From assembly GCF_009914755.1 (NCBI RefSeq), contig NC_060926.1: a stretch of DNA of 64,000 bases; one strand, written 5' to 3'. This document shows, piece by piece, positions 13,891 to 28,176 of this stretch. Made by a program: the position numbers and the translations under genes. Positions within the stretch are counted from its first letter, which is position 1. Every line of letters starts with the position of its first letter. This stretch comes from the human T2T-CHM13v2.0 reference genome, Homo sapiens. Under the pieces are notes generated by a model, which was not told where the DNA came from, searched no databases, and worked only from the letters and a program-made list of their open reading frames with translations.

Positions 13891-14211
13891 TTCTATTTTC
13901 TATTTTTATTTTATTTTTATTTTTTTGAGAAGGAGTCTCTTTCTGTCACCCAGGCTGGAGTGCAGTGGCGCGATCTTAGCTCACTGCAAGCTGCGCCTCC
14001 CGGTTCATGCCATTCTCCTGCCTCAGTCTCCCGAGTAGCTGGGACTACAGGCGCCCGCCACCAAGCCCGGCTAATTTTTTTTTTTGTATTTTTAGTAGAG
14101 ACGGGGTTTCACCGTTAGCCAGGATGGTCTCAATCTCCTCACCTCGTGATCTGCCCGCCTAGGCCTCTCAAAGTGCTGGGATTACAGGCGTGAGCCACCG
14201 CCCCCGGCCCC
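13891..14211 (-). mobile_element. AluY with 15-bp TSD
   Basis: Reverse Alu; aggacacacagcttt present at 13876-13890 and 14212-14226. Confidence 0.95.
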
Positions 14212-15065
14212 AGGACACACAGCTTTAAAATTTCTCCTTGGTCTCACCCAGTGTCAACCACCTAAAACCTCTCATTTTCCCCCAGACATTTCTTCTGCCT
14301 CCAGGATGGAGGTAGAGAATCTTGGCCTTGGGCCACGCACTGGGGACCATGCTGGGCTGCCATGGTCAGTGACGGACTCAGGTTCTCACCAGGATCCCCA
14401 AAATAGGCCCCTGAAAAAAATGTTACCATCAGGGTGCGCTCCCTGATTCTTGTGTCTGCTGGAAGGAGGAAATCAAGCCAGGAACATTGTCAGGATAGAG
14501 ATGAAAATAGGGCTCACTTTTCTGTCTCTTGTGATGTCAGACAAGCCTTTCAGCTCTGTCTCCTCAGCCCTCATGGAATTGTTGGTGTGGACGCACCAAG
14601 ATTCTGAACTGGGTCCCCTTTCCCTCTGTCCTTCTCTGGGGCCAGATTCTGAGCTCTCCATTCCAATTTTTCCCCCAATTTGCCCTTGCATTTATTTATC
14701 TGGATTACTGTCTGCCTGTCCCAAAGAACAAAAGCTTTATCACAGTGGGGACTTTGTTTAAAAAAATAATAATAACAGCTATATTTTTAGGACCCATGAC
14801 ACTGACCAGCATATCGGTGGTATCTGATAAAAAATGTTTGTTGACTGAATGAACAAATATATTATTCACAATTCACATTATCCTGAACTGGCTAGAAAAT
14901 TAAATACCTGATATCAGTATTGGCAACATTATGAAGTAAATATAATTCTGATACAGTGCTCGTGAAAGTCTAATATGAAATGCTCATTTTAGAAAACATT
15001 TTCTTGTAGATTTGAAAATGTTTCATCTCCATGAACTAGTTGTATATCTGCAAGTTGTGTATCTT

Positions 15066-15676
15066 TGGGTTAGGCAGAATAATTGCCCCCCACCAAAGAC
15101 AGCCACATCCCAGTCTTCAGATAAGGTGAACATGCTAACATAAGTTAGCATGTTCAAAGGGACTTGGCAGATGTGATTACCATTAAGGGCATTGAAATGG
15201 GGAAATTACCTTGAATTACCTTGGTGAGCCAATCTAATCTCATAATTCCTTGAGAGCAGAGAATATTTTCTGGATGCTGAGATTCAGACAGATGGCAGTA
15301 TGAGAAAGATGTGGCCTGCTATTACTGGCTTTTAAAACAGTGGTAGGGGGCCACAAGCCAAGGAAAGCCAGTGACCTTTAGAAGCTGGGAATGACCCGAA
15401 GTTTACAACCAGGAAGAAACTGAGGATCTACAACCACAAGGAACTGAATTCTGCCAACAACCCAGATGCTCTTTTAGAGCCTTCAGAAAGAAATGCAGCC
15501 TGCCAACATCTTGATGTTATTTCAGTGAGAGCCATGCCAGATTTTCAACCAAAACAAATCTAAGACAATAAGTTTGTGTGTGTTTATTAAAACTGACTCA
15601 AATCTTACAAAAATGTGTTATTTTAAGCCACTGAATTTGTGGTAAATTGTTACAGCAGGAATAGAAAACTGATACA
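15066..15676 (+). mobile_element. MLT1-family MaLR solo LTR
   Basis: ggcagaataattgccccc...gggacttggcagatgtgatta...taagccactgaatttgtggtaaattgttacagcaggaatagaaaactgataca. Confidence 0.85.
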
Positions 15677-16684
15677 ACCCTAGAGAAAGTCTTGTACATG
15701 TGCCCTATAAACACACAGCAGAATTTTTTTAACTTCTTATTGAGTTAAAAAATATATATATAATTTACCATCTGTACATTTTTAGAGGACAGTTTAGTGG
15801 TGATAAATACATTTATATTTTCTTCTCTTAATCTCCTCTTCCCCCTCCCCTTGCTGGCCTCTAGCAACCACCAATTTACTTTCTATCTTCATGAGATCCA
15901 CTTTTTTACTGCCCACATATGAGTGACAACATGTGGTATTTGCCTTTCTGTGCTTGGCTCATTCCACTTAACATAATGGCCTATGTTCATTATGTTAAGC
16001 CAAATGGCCAGCGCCACCTATGTTGCTGCGAATGACAGAATTTCATTCTTCTTTGTATCTGAGTAGTATTCCATTATGTATGTATATGACTTTTAAAATC
16101 TATTCATTTGTTGATGAGCACTTACATTGATTCCATATTTTGTCTATTGTGAATAGTGCTGCAGTACACATCGGCATGTAGATATGTCTTTGATACATTA
16201 ATTTCCTTTATTTTGGATATATATCCAGTAAAGAAATTGCTGGACCACATGGTAGTTCTATTTTTACTTTTTTGAGGAACCTCCATACTGTTCTCCATAG
16301 TGGCTTTATTAATGTAGATTCCCACCAACAGTGTACTAGTATTTCCCTTTCTCCACATCCTTGCCAGCATCTGTTCTTGCCTGTCTTTTTGAAACAAGTC
16401 CTTTCAACCAAGGTGAGATGATATTGCATTGTGATTTTGATTTGCATTTCTTTGACGATTAGTGATATTGAACATTTTTTCGTCTTCCTATTGGCCATTT
16501 GTATGTCTTCTTTTGAGAAAATATCTGTTCAGATCTTTTGCCCATTTTTTAATTGTATTTATTTATATATTTTTAACTATTATGTTTTTAGAAGCAAGGT
16601 CTTGCTTTGTCACCCAAGCTAAAGGGCAGTAGCATAATCATAGCTCACTGTAACCTCAAACTCCTGGGATTAAGAAATCCTCCT

Positions 16685-16988
16685 GACCGGGCGCTGTGGC
16701 TCACGCCTGTATTCCCAGCACTTTGGGAGGCCGAGGCGGGCGGATCACGAAGTCAGGAGATCGAGACCATCCTGGCTAACACGGTGAAACCCCGTCTCTA
16801 CTAAAAATACAAAAAATTAGCCGGGCTTGGTGCCGGGCGCCTGTAGTCCCAGCTACTCAGGAGGCTGAGGCAGGAGAATGGCGTGAACCCCGGGGGAGCA
16901 GTGCCTGCAGTGAGCCGAGAACGCGCCACTGCACTCCAACCTGGGCGACAGCGAGACTCCATCTCAAAAAAAGAAAAAAAAGAAAAAT
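16685..16988 (+). mobile_element. AluY nested in an antisense Alu monomer within L1
   Basis: TSD taagaaatcctcct on both sides; the host monomer (~16585-17022) resumes with acctcagcctc. Confidence 0.9.
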
Positions 16989-17295
16989 AAGAAATCCTCC
17001 TACCTCAGCCTCTTCAGTAGCCCATTTTTCAATCAGATTTTTTGTTTGTTTATTATTGAATTGCTTGAGCTCCTTATATATTCTACTTGTTAATCCTTTA
17101 TCAGATAGATAGTTTGAAAATATTTTGTCCCATTCTGTGGTTGGCTCTTCACTTTATTGATTGTTTCCTTTGCTTGAGGCTTTTTAGTTTGATATAATCC
17201 CATTGTCTATTTTTGCTTTTGTTGCCTGTGCTTCTGAGGTCTTACGCAAAAAAATCTTTGCCCAGACTAATGTCCTGGAGCATTTCTCCTGTGCT

Positions 17296-17539
17296 TTCTT
17301 TTTTTCTTTCTTTTCTTTTTTTTTTTTCACGCCATTCTCCTGCCTCAGCCTCCCGAGTAGCTGGGACTACAGGCGCCCACCATCATGCCCGGCTAATTTT
17401 TTTTTTTTTTTTTGTATTTTTAGTAGAGACGGAGTTTCACCGTGTTAGCCAGGGTGGTCTCGATCTCCTGACCTTATGATCCGCCCGCCTTGGCCTCCCA
17501 AAGTGCTGAGATTACAGACGTGAGCCACCGCGCCCAGCC
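17296..17539 (-). mobile_element. AluY lacking the distal part of its right arm
   Basis: Poly-T is joined directly to cacgccattctcctgcctc; left arm complete. Confidence 0.85.
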
Positions 17540-18300
17540 TTTCCTATGCTTTTTTTTTTTTTTTTTTTTTTACCAGCTTCATAGTTTCAGGTCTCAGATT
17601 CAAGCCTTTAATCAATTTTTATTTGATTTGATTTTTGTGTATGGTGAGATGGGTTTAATTTTATCCTTCTGCATATAGTTATTCAGTTTTCCCCGGATCA
17701 TTTATTGAAAAGACTGTTGTTTTCCCAGTGTATGATCTTGATGCCTTTGTCAGAGATGAGTTGTTTGTAAATGTGTAGATTTGTCTGCGATCTCTATTCT
17801 GTTCCACTGTCCTATGTGTCTGTTTTTATGCCAGTAGAAATATATTGGCAATAATTAGTACAGAAAAGCTGAAACAATGAAATGACAAAAGTGAATTATA
17901 CTGATATAATTCATTATGCTCACTAAATGCAATAGCCTACAGCCAGGAAAACAATGTAGTGCACACGGTATTGAAATACAACACAATTCAATATACACAG
18001 TGCTCACAGTGGCCATCGTTAGAGTGTTGAAGAAGGGGATGTAGTCAGCAAAAGTTGTACAGGTGACTTCAAAAGTAATCATAAGCACTTATGATTACTT
18101 TTGGCTTAATTTCTTAAACCAAGACTGGAGACACAGGTGTTCATTATGTGCTTATTGTATATATAAAATAAATATTTTATAAATATATTGTTTCTGTTCA
18201 GTATTTAATAAAGTAAATCAATAGAAAAGGTTAAAAAGCAATGCACACATATTTCAAATATTTTTTGCTCCAAATTATATAAACATTGCATAGTTATTGC

Positions 18301-18470
18301 CCTGGGCCTGGCAAGGTGACTCACACCTCTCATCCTAGCACTTTAGGAGACTGAGGCAGGACGATAGCTTCAGCCCCAGAGGTCAAGGCTGCAGTGAGCC
18401 TTAATTGCACTACTGCACTCCAAGCCTAGGTGACAGAGCGAGATGCTGTCTGAAGATAAAAATAAAAATA
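18301..18470 (+). mobile_element. Alu monomer / internally deleted AluJ
   Basis: cctagcactttaggagactgaggcagg...ggtcaaggctgcagtgagcc...gacagagcgaga followed by an A-rich tail. Confidence 0.75.
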
Positions 18471-21400
18471 ATATATAAATATATGTTTATATATTAACTG
18501 ATTTCATTAACTATATATATATATAGTTGTTGTCTTGGTCTATAGGCAGTCTTACAGTGCTTAAGACTTTGATACTGAGAACAGATCTCCCAGGTATATG
18601 CTGTGTTTCTGGGGTGACATGATGCTCTCATCTGGCCTCTGTGAGCCTAATTCTATCTTACATTTACCCTACTCTTCAACAACAACTTGGGGAGGTGTCC
18701 CTAAACATTCCCAGGTGAACCCAAACCTGTGGCCCTCAACACATTTCTAGGTAAAGCAAGCTCCTGACATATCTGTGGATATCCTCTCATTGGAAGAAGG
18801 GGGAAGAGACCATCTCAAAATAATTCATTTAATATAGCTTTTCAGCATTGATTTTATTTTGATAAAGAGACACACAGTAAATAAAATTTCTAAAAAACTA
18901 TAAACTTTCAAGCATTCTCACGCTAAATCTAGACCTGCTCACATGCCAGGGAAATATAAAGGTAATCTGTTTCTCAACCTGACCAGGATGCTACAGTAAT
19001 TAAAAATAAACTCAATCCCTGGATCCCTACCAAAGGGTCATTTCATATGGATCAAAGTTCTGGAAAAATTATTTGTCTGGAAATAGACTAATTCTCCAAA
19101 ATATAATTGAAATAACAGCCTCTGGAAAGGGCCAAATACGACTCTTAATGATACAACAGCTAAATATAGGTCTGATGCTCATTCCGTGTGGACAACAATA
19201 GCAGCCATTCCCACAAATGGCTGATTTGTAGGAAGTAAACACTACTTTTGCAGAATCTTACATGATTTCAGTAGAAGGGCAAGGACATTTCAGTTGGGAA
19301 CAGATTGCTCCATGGTAATGTGATCACTATGTACCCAACAATGGCTCTTTCTTCCTAGCGTCAATGCAGATGTTATTTTCACCTTAACTGTTATCATTGT
19401 TGTTTCTAACCACATGAAAGTGTATCCTTTATATATCTGAAGTAAATTCATACTAGTGGTGTAACATCTCCAGCCATTTAAGTGTAAAAACAGAAAACGT
19501 ATGATGTGTTTACGTACTGTTTTATACTCCTAACGCATGAAGAGAAGATCCTTTTATTCATTGCCTATACTTTTATTTCTAAACTTTCTGTAACACTTTA
19601 TCTTATATCCAGCATAGAATTAAGATTTGCTTTTCGATTTAATCTGACAATATTTTTTCCTCTAATAAGAGTCAAGTCCACTTACTTTTAATGATAAGTT
19701 GTGTTTGGTTATATTTTGATTACAGTATATTATGCTATGATTTATATGCACATATCTGTCTTTTGCTGTCTTGTTTGTTTTTATTGCTTTTGTTTTGATG
19801 TTGTGATATTTGGAAGAGTTAAACTTTTATTCTGATGGCTACCTTATGTAATTTCATAAAATCATCTCTTTCTTTGGACAGTAGCTAATGTCTCTAAACT
19901 AAGAACAATGGTATTAGCTGTATTCTCTTTCTTGTCCTCCCTATGTGATTTTTCATCCCACAATTTGATTTAATCATATTAACTTTGTTTCCCCTGGTGC
20001 CATTAAGTATGCTTACATTTCTATAAACAATATCCTTTGACTCCCAGGCATTACAGATGAGCAGTCAGTAAAATCATTCTGAGGAATACTTTCTCTTTCC
20101 TTTTCTTCCATTTTTCTTAGTTGTATCATTTCTATATTGCCAGAGCACCTACAGTTGCATTTCTTTCTGTCAGCTTTATCCAGCATTTGTTTTTGTCTTT
20201 TATTTGAAGTTAAATATATTCCTTGCTCACTACAACACTGGGGGAAGGAAGGTTTCTGTTGTCATTGTTGTGCTTGTACAGTTGTGTATTTAAAAACATT
20301 GGCGAAAACAAAAACTGTACGTAGATGGAATGGAGATAAGACAGAAAATGAGAGAGACTGATGATGAGTGTGCCTATTCTAGACTGGGAGGGGTGCTACA
20401 CTGAACAGTGTCTCCAAGGCTGCAGGAAAGGATGGTTGATTGTGAGCAGGTGGACTTTCCACTGGAGGAGAGAAGTCCTGCGCTCAACAACCTGTGCAGA
20501 ACCAGAAACGGGTAATGGTTCAAATCAACTTACAGACCTGGAGGTAGAAATTTAAGAAAACTCATTTAGCACCTAGGTTCCTAGAAAATATTAGCTACTA
20601 TTTGCTGAGCATCTGTCGGTCTGTCTGTAGCATGGAAGATCTGAGTACAGGGGAAACTGGATTAGTAACAGTGGGTCAGAAAATTATATAATATTCAACC
20701 AAAATTCCTGCTTTACATACACAGCACCTGGTATTTCCAGAACTAGAAGGTAAAGAAATTATTTGTGCTTGAACTTGCAGAAAACTGCCTTTTCCCTTCT
20801 TCTCTTGCATCTTAACCTGGAGCTTCCCTTTTCTTGAGCCTCAGTGTGCTTCCCAACTCAACTTATAATTGACTTCCTGCAGTTTCTCCTTAGGACAGGG
20901 CTTTGTTTTGGGGGTGGTCAATTTGTAGGGTTCATAGGAAACAGACCACTCACAGCACCTGCTTTATGCCATCCTCACTCTCAGCAATGAGTTGAGGCCC
21001 AGGAAGCCTTCTGCCAGCCTCAGCTGCTGTTCTCAGATTAATCTGCTGAGTTCTTTTTGCCTACTAAGAATCTCTGAATTTAGGAACATAGATGTTAGCG
21101 CTTGTATATCTAGGTTTTCCAGTTCCCAGGGCCATTAAACATTTTTTTCCTTTCCTTTCCTTCTTCCAAAAAAATTGGTGATTCCCCTGGGTCCCTGTGG
21201 TTTAACCTCACAAAAGGTCCATGATGACACCCTGTTACATTGTTTTGTCGTAGTTAATACCTTGTTATCCTAGTTGCTCAGTCCGTTTTTGTGAGAGATT
21301 CAGGGATATTAATAAAACTGTGCTGCTACTGCTACTAACATCTTGCATAAAAGCCCTATTAATTAAAATGTTTATTTTGCATGTGATTTGAACTTGTAAT

Positions 21401-21879
21401 TTTTATTCAAAGTTTTTCAACAGAGATCCAGAAAAGACCCTCCTTATATTTTTAGTTTTGTGCATTGCAACACTTTCTAGTGAAAAAAAAAAAAACATGA
21501 GAACAACACAAGTGATTTTAAAAGAATAAACCTACAATCCATTAATTATAAAATGAAATACTATGCAGGTGTTAAGAACGAGGGAATCAATAAGAACTTG
21601 TGTGGGGTAACTATAAACTTTAAAAAAATAAATTTAATGCTCATGTGACCATATTATCGTTAAAAAAATACAAGCATACTTGCACACACCTTCAAGCAAA
21701 ATGGGTACACGCATTTAAAGATATTTAAATTAAGTAAATGGCCCAATAATTTAACTTTGTATAATTCTATGTTCTCTGATTATTTTATATGCTAGAAACA
21801 GGCATTACTGTTTTGTTTATTTCATTTGAAATAATTGTAGTCACATGAGGTTTAAGTTATAATACAGAGAGGTCACATA

Positions 21880-22035
21880 TGCCTATTTTCTAATTGGATA
21901 CCTTATTTATTACTATTGAGTTTTGAGAATTTTTTACATATGCTAGATGTAAGTTCTTTGTCAGATATATGGTATGCAAATTATTTCTCCCACTCTGTAA
22001 TTCATTTTTTCAACCTCTTTACAGGGTCTTTCTAA

Positions 22036-22076
<41 letters not shown>

Positions 22077-22585
22077 GTTTATTTATTTGAATGAAGTCCA
22101 GTTTTATCACTTTTTCCTTTTGTAGATTTTGTTTTTGATATCAAGCCTAAAAATTATTTGCCTAGCCCAAGGTCTCAAGAGTTTTCTTCTATTTTAAAAA
22201 GTTTAATGAATTTATTTATTTATTAATTATTTTTGAGACGAGGTTTCACCCAAGCTGTAGTGCAGTGGTGCCATCATTGCTCACTGCAGCCACTAACTGC
22301 TGGATTGAAGTGATCCTTCCACCTCAGCCACTTGAGTAGTAGCTGGGATTACAGGCACGAGCTACCATACACAACTTTAAGTTTTATAATATTACATTTT
22401 ACATTTAAGCCTGTGATTTATGTGAGCTAAATTTTATATAAAGTATAAATTTAGGTCAGTCTTAGTTTTTGTACCTGTGAATGTCCAATTGCTCTAGCAC
22501 CATTTGTTGAAAAAGATATCCTTCCTTTAAGCTGATTTTGCATTCTTGTTAAAAAAAAAATCAGTTGAATATAGTGTGGTCTGTC
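21880..22585 (-). mobile_element. Old L1 fragment containing an A37-like run and an Alu monomer (~22215-22372)
   Basis: Antisense L1 ORF2 motifs (gtccaattgctctagcaccatttgttgaaaaga). Confidence 0.7.
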
Positions 22586-22986
22586 ACCTTTTAATAAGAT
22601 AAAAACACTGGCACTCACCAGATATCGAAGTTTAGAAATTTTTTTAAAGCTAAACTTCTGAAAATTGAATAAAAACACCTCCACATGTCAAATTAGTCAA
22701 TTTGTATAGGACTAATTCATTTAAATATATTAAAATACAAAATAATTCAAACCACTAAAGTGATAATACAAGACTATAAATTTAAAGGCTAATTATTAAG
22801 TCAAATTGCTGTATTCTACGTGTTAGAGTGAGTTCAAAAGATCCATTGTATTACTGAATAGGCAAAAGTTTTAATTTCAGAGGATGAAACTGATATATTA
22901 CTGCCACCTTGTGGATATTCTGTTATTATAGGCTATTATAAAAAGCAATGAGGTTATGTAATCTGTTCTAACAAGAAGCATTTCCT

Positions 22987-23236
22987 TTTTTTGTCGTTTT
23001 TATTATTGTTATTATTACATTTTAAGTTCTGAGATACATGTACAGAACGTGGAGGTTTGTTACATAGGTATACACATGCCATGGTGGTTTACTGCACCCA
23101 TCAACCCATCATCTACATTAGGTATTTCTCCTAATGCTATCACTCCCCCAGCCTCCCACCCCCCTGACAGGCCCCGGTATGTGATGTTCCCCTCCCTGTG
23201 TCCATGTGTTCTCATTGTTCAACTCAAAAGAAAAAC
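22987..23236 (-). mobile_element. 5'-truncated L1PA (~240 bp) with TSD
   Basis: L1PA 3'UTR; TSD agaagcatttcct at 22974-22986 and 23237-23249. Confidence 0.9.
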
Positions 23237-23304
23237 AGAAGCATTTCCTGCTTTCCCAATTTCTTAGATACAATGCAACTTTATGTTTAATTTAACTAAC
23301 TTAA

Positions 23305-23597
23305 TTTTTTGAGACAAGGTCTAGCTCTGTTGCCCAGGCTGCAGTGGAGTGGCGTGAATATGGTTCAGTGAAACCTCCACCTCCCTGGCTCAAGTGATCC
23401 TCCTTCCTCAGCCTCTCGCGTAGCTAGGACCACAGGCACGCACCACCATGGCCAGCTAATTTCTTTTTTATTTTTTGTAGAGATGAGGTCTCACTTTGTT
23501 GTCCACGCTGGTCTCAAACTCCTGGGCTCAAAGGATCCTCTTGCCATGGCCTCCCACAGCGCTGGGATTTATAGGTGTGTGCCATGGCACCGGGCCT
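23305..23597 (-). mobile_element. AluJ element
   Basis: Diverged reverse Alu dimer. Confidence 0.85.
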
Positions 23598-23779
23598 AAG
23601 CAACTGTAGAGAAGCCTTTTTTTTCTTTCATAAAAACAGTTGTAGATATTTTCCTTATGGAATTTATTTGTGGTGAAATATTTTAATAGACAGTCTTCTT
23701 TTTCTATGAAAAATGAAAGTTGATTCTGACATTTATGTAAACATTTTAAATATTCAAAGTATATAAATGTGAAGTCCTA

Positions 23780-26014
23780 TCAAGAGTAATTAGACAAGAG
23801 AAAGAAATAAAGGGCATTCAAATCGGAAAGGAGGACATCAAATTGTTCCTGTTTGCAGATGACATGATCTTATATATAGGAAAACCTGAAGACTCTACCA
23901 GAAAACTTTTAGAACAAACAAATTCAGTGAAGTTGCAAAACACAAAACTAATACACAAAGATTGGTTGCGTTTATATATATGAACAACAAACTCGCTGAA
24001 AAAGAAATTAAGAAGGCAAACCCATTTACAATAGTTACCAAAAAAAAAAACCCAGACATAAATGTAACCAAGGAGGTAAAATGAAAACTACAAAACACTA
24101 ATGGAAGAAATTGAAGAGGATACAAACAAATGAAAAGACATTCACACTCATGGATCAGAAATATGAATGTTGTTAAAGTGACAGTACTACTCAAAAGCAA
24201 CCTACAGATTCAATGCAATCTCTATCAAAATACCTATGAACATTCTTCACAAAATTAAAAAAAAATCCAAAGAGATTTTATGGAATCAAAAAATATCCTG
24301 AATAGCCAAAGCCATCCTAAGCAAAAAGAACAAAGCTGGATGTATCGTGCTACCAGACCTCAGAATATACTACCAAACTGTAGTAACCAAAACATCATGG
24401 TATTGGCATAAAAACAGACACATAGACCTATGGAATAGAATAAAGAACCCAGAAAATCCACATATCTCAGCCAACGGATTTTTTGCAAAGGTGCCAAGAA
24501 CACTCATTGGGGAAAGGATAGTCTCTTCAATAAATGGTGCTGGAAAAATTGGATATCCATATGCAGAAGAATGAAACTAGACCTCTGCCTCTCACCCTAT
24601 ACAAAGATCAACCCAAAGTATCTCAAATACCCAAATATTAGGCCCAAAATGGTAAAGCTACTAGAAGAAAACATAGGGGAGATCCTTCAGGACATTGCTC
24701 TGGGAAAATATTTTATGAATAAGGCATCAAAAGCACAGGCAACAAAAGAAAAAATAAACAAATGGGATCACATCAAGCTAAAAATCTTCTGCACGGCAAA
24801 GGAAATAATAAAGTGAGTGAAAAGACAACCTACAGAATGGGAGAAAATATAAACTCATCTGGCAGGAAATTAATATCAAGTATATACAAGGAATTCAAAC
24901 ATATCAACAGCAAAGAAGCACAACAATCTAATTAAATATAAACAAATGCTCTGAACAGACATTTCTCAAAAGAAGACATACAAATGACCAACAAGTATAT
25001 GAAAAAATGTTCAACACCACTAATCAGCAAGGAAATGCTAATCAAAGCCACAGTGAGGCATCATCTTACTCCAGTTAGGATGGCTATTATGGAAGAGACA
25101 AAAATAACAAATGCTGACAAAGACGTGAAGAAAAGGGACTTTTTTTTGACAGAGTCTCACTCTCCATCCAGGCTGGAGTGCAGTGGTGGTGTAATCTGGC
25201 TCCCTCTGCTTCTAGGGTTCAAATAGTTCTCCTCCCTCAGCCTCCTGAGTAGCTGGAGAAAAAGGAACTCTTATGCACTGTTGGTAGGAATGTAAATTAG
25301 TGCAGCCAGTATGGAGAACAGTATTGAAACACCTCAAGCAATCCCACTACTGGGAACTTATCCAAAGGAAAGAAAAGCATTATATTGCAGAGACATCTGC
25401 ATCCCCATGTTTATTGCAACAGTGTTCACAATAGCCAAGATATGGAATCAACCTAGTTTCCAACAACAGATGAATGGACTTTTAAAATATGGTATATATA
25501 CACCAAGGAATGCTATTTAGCGATAAAGAAGAATAAATAAAATCCTGTCATTCTCAGCAACATGGATGGAACTGGAGGATATTATGTTAAGCAAAATAAG
25601 CCAGGAATAGAAATTTCAACACCACATGTTCTCACTCACGCAGAAGCTAAAAAAAAAAGTTGATCTTATAGAAGTAAAAAGTAGAACAGAGGATACTGCA
25701 GGCTGAAAAGGGTAGGGAGAAAGGAGGAATAGTAAGAGATTTGTTAATGGATACAAAATTACAGCTAGGTAGGAGTAATAAGTTCTAGTGTTCTATAGTA
25801 CCGTAGATGACTATAGTTAACAATACTATATTATGTAGTTTAAAATACCTAGGAGTAGTTTGAATGTTCCCAACACAAAGAAATAATAAATGTTTGAGAT
25901 GATAGATATGCTAATTACCCTGATCTGATCACCATCTACATGTACTGAAACATCCCCGTATAGCCATGAATATGTATAATCTTTGTCAATTTAAAAAGTA
26001 AAAAAAAAAAAAAA
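23780..26014 (+). mobile_element. L1MA-type LINE, ORF2 3' half plus 3'UTR and poly-A; truncated antisense Alu inserted at ~25140-25255
   Basis: ctgtttgcagatgacatgatc (RT FADD motif); ORF2 peptides [26 protein letters not shown] and [18 protein letters not shown]. Confidence 0.9.
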
Positions 26015-26130
26015 TTAATCTTGGAGAATGCATTTGAAGAACTTTTACTCAAGAAATCAACTTAAGAACCTGAGTCTCCTTGGAATTTGTGTTTTCTAGA
26101 CCAGTACTTCTCCAAATTAAAGCAAATTTA

Positions 26131-26437
26131 GGCTGGGCATGGTGGCCCATGTCTATAATCTCAGCACTTTGGAAGGCCGAGGCGGGCAGATCACTTGAGG
26201 TCAGGAGTTCGAGACCAGCTGACCCAACATTGTGAAACCCTGTCTCTACTAAAAATACAAAAATTAGCCGGGCATGATGGCATGTGCCTGTAATCCCAGC
26301 TACTTTGGAGGCCGAGGCAAGATAATCGCTTGAACTGGAGAGGTGGAAGTTGCAGTGAGCCGAGATTGCACCACTGCGCTCCAGCCTGGGCAACAGAGCA
26401 AGACTCTGTCTCAAAAAAAAAAAAAAAAAAAAAAAAA
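26131..26437 (+). mobile_element. AluS with TSD
   Basis: Full dimer; TSD aaagcaaattta / aaagcgaattta. Confidence 0.95.
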
Positions 26438-26829
26438 GCGAATTTAGTTCACTTTGGTATTGTGTCAAAATGTTGATTCTTTTAAAGTACATCTAAAGAA
26501 TTTAGATGTAGTTGAAGTTTGTCATCTGTTCTTAATTTTTTTAATAAAAATATAATATTTAGATTCAGAGTAAATCTAAAGTGAGACCTGAAGCTGCTCC
26601 CAGGTGATACTGATGCCGCTTATTTTTGCCCAGATTTTGAGTCACAAGGTTCTAAATTATTGTTTTGAAGTCCTACATGAGTAATCACTTGGGGAGCTCA
26701 ATTAACACCCAGCAACAGACTAATTATTAATAAACCAGAATCTTCAGTATTAGGCTTCAATCATTGGCAATTTTTTTTTTTTTGACACACAGTCTCCCAC
26801 TGTCGCCCAGGCTGAAGTCCTGAGGCCAG

Positions 26830-27900
26830 AATGAGACTAGGACATGGTTCCTTTGCCTAAGTAAAGTGAGGCAGACAATGGAGTACTTCAGACTTCAAAT
26901 TAGTATGGTAAGTGCTATGAAGAGTATGATTAGAGTTCATTATTTACCCAGAAAAGGGTCACTCAGCCCAGCCTGGGAGTTAGAGAAGGTTTCCTGAAGT
27001 CTTGACATGTGAGTCATGAAAGGACATAAGGAGTTAACCACGTGACAAAATAAGCTAAGGGAATTCTCAACAAAAGACAAAATATTGGCAAAGGCTTTTA
27101 GGCATATACTAGCTTAGTATTATTGGGAGAATGTAATGATTTTCTGTATTTCAAAAGTGTAAAATACAAAGTGGGCCATGGCATGAGATAAACCAGTGAA
27201 TATGTTCTGGGAACAGGTCATAGAAGGGCGTGTATGCTGTCCTAAGGAGCTTAAACTTCAACTTCAGTTCATGGGAGCCAATGACAAGATCTGAGCAGGG
27301 GAAGGTTGTGGCTAGAGGGGCATTTTAGACAGACAAGATCCTCTGTGGATTACACCTAGGCTAAGCAACGGGTTAAAGTTGTTGTCTTAAGACGATGGTC
27401 CAGGTAAAAGATAATAAAGTTTTAAGTTAGGATGTTAGTAGGAATGAGGAAGAGGGATGGATTTCAGAAATAGTAAGGAAATGTATTAGCAGGACTTGAT
27501 TAGTGATTGACTTGGGGAAGGAGGGGAAGATAGAGTTCAGGATGACTCCGAGACTGTCTGGTGTCGGTGGCTAATGACTGAAGCTATTAATAGAGGTAGG
27601 AAATGCAGACCAAAAGCAGGCCCGGGGTGAGAGATGATAAATTTGAATTTTAACATGTTGAGTTTGGACATCCAGGATGAAATAACCACAAAACATTTAA
27701 ATATACGAATCTGAAAAGGTAAGCATCATAAGCATATGAGCTATTGGTAAAATTCTGATACTTAATGAAGTCTCGCAGGGAGGCAGTACAGAGGCAAGCA
27801 ATGGGCTGGGGATAAAACATAGGGAAATATTATTTAAATAAAGATGAAAGAAAAGGAGCCCACAAAGGAAGCTGAAAAGGCATAGTCAAAAAAAGAGGCT
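26830..27900 (-). mobile_element. L2 LINE fragments
   Basis: Typical antisense L2 motifs (gacttgattagtgattg, ggatgactccgag, tttaacatgttgagtttgga). Confidence 0.65.
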
Positions 27901-28176
27901 TGCCAAAGTGCCACCTTTGAAGCTCTGCTGTTACACTTTATAAGGAAACTTTTGGTTACCTGAGATTGCATGCATTTATAAAAGTTTCTATTATTAGGAA
28001 GACAATAATAATGATAAGGCTCTTTCTCATTGTTGTCAGTGTAATTTATCTATTTAATTATAGAACCTAGTTCCAGGATGCTTAATCTGAAGTATATACT
28101 TGGGGCAAAATGAATTATATCTTAATAATAATCTGGAATTTTTCTCTCTAACTTGACATATTTTAATTCTTGCTAG

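Larger units (their letters stand above)
15740..17835 (-). mobile_element. L1M 3' region hosting nested Alus
   Basis: Antisense L1 3'UTR and ORF2 end; ORF 16208-16498 resembles the L1 ORF2 C-terminus ([16 protein letters not shown]...[11 protein letters not shown]). Confidence 0.85.

Noticed and set aside
19120-19400. Minus-strand IRPIFSCC, resembling the end of a TRIM49-family SPRY domain
   Set aside because: Upstream frames show no SPRY similarity, and the position is on the wrong side of the RING exon.
24853-24868. ctcatctggcaggaa, resembling the NAALAD2 HLAGT exon
   Set aside because: It lies inside colinear L1 ORF2 sequence; chance match.
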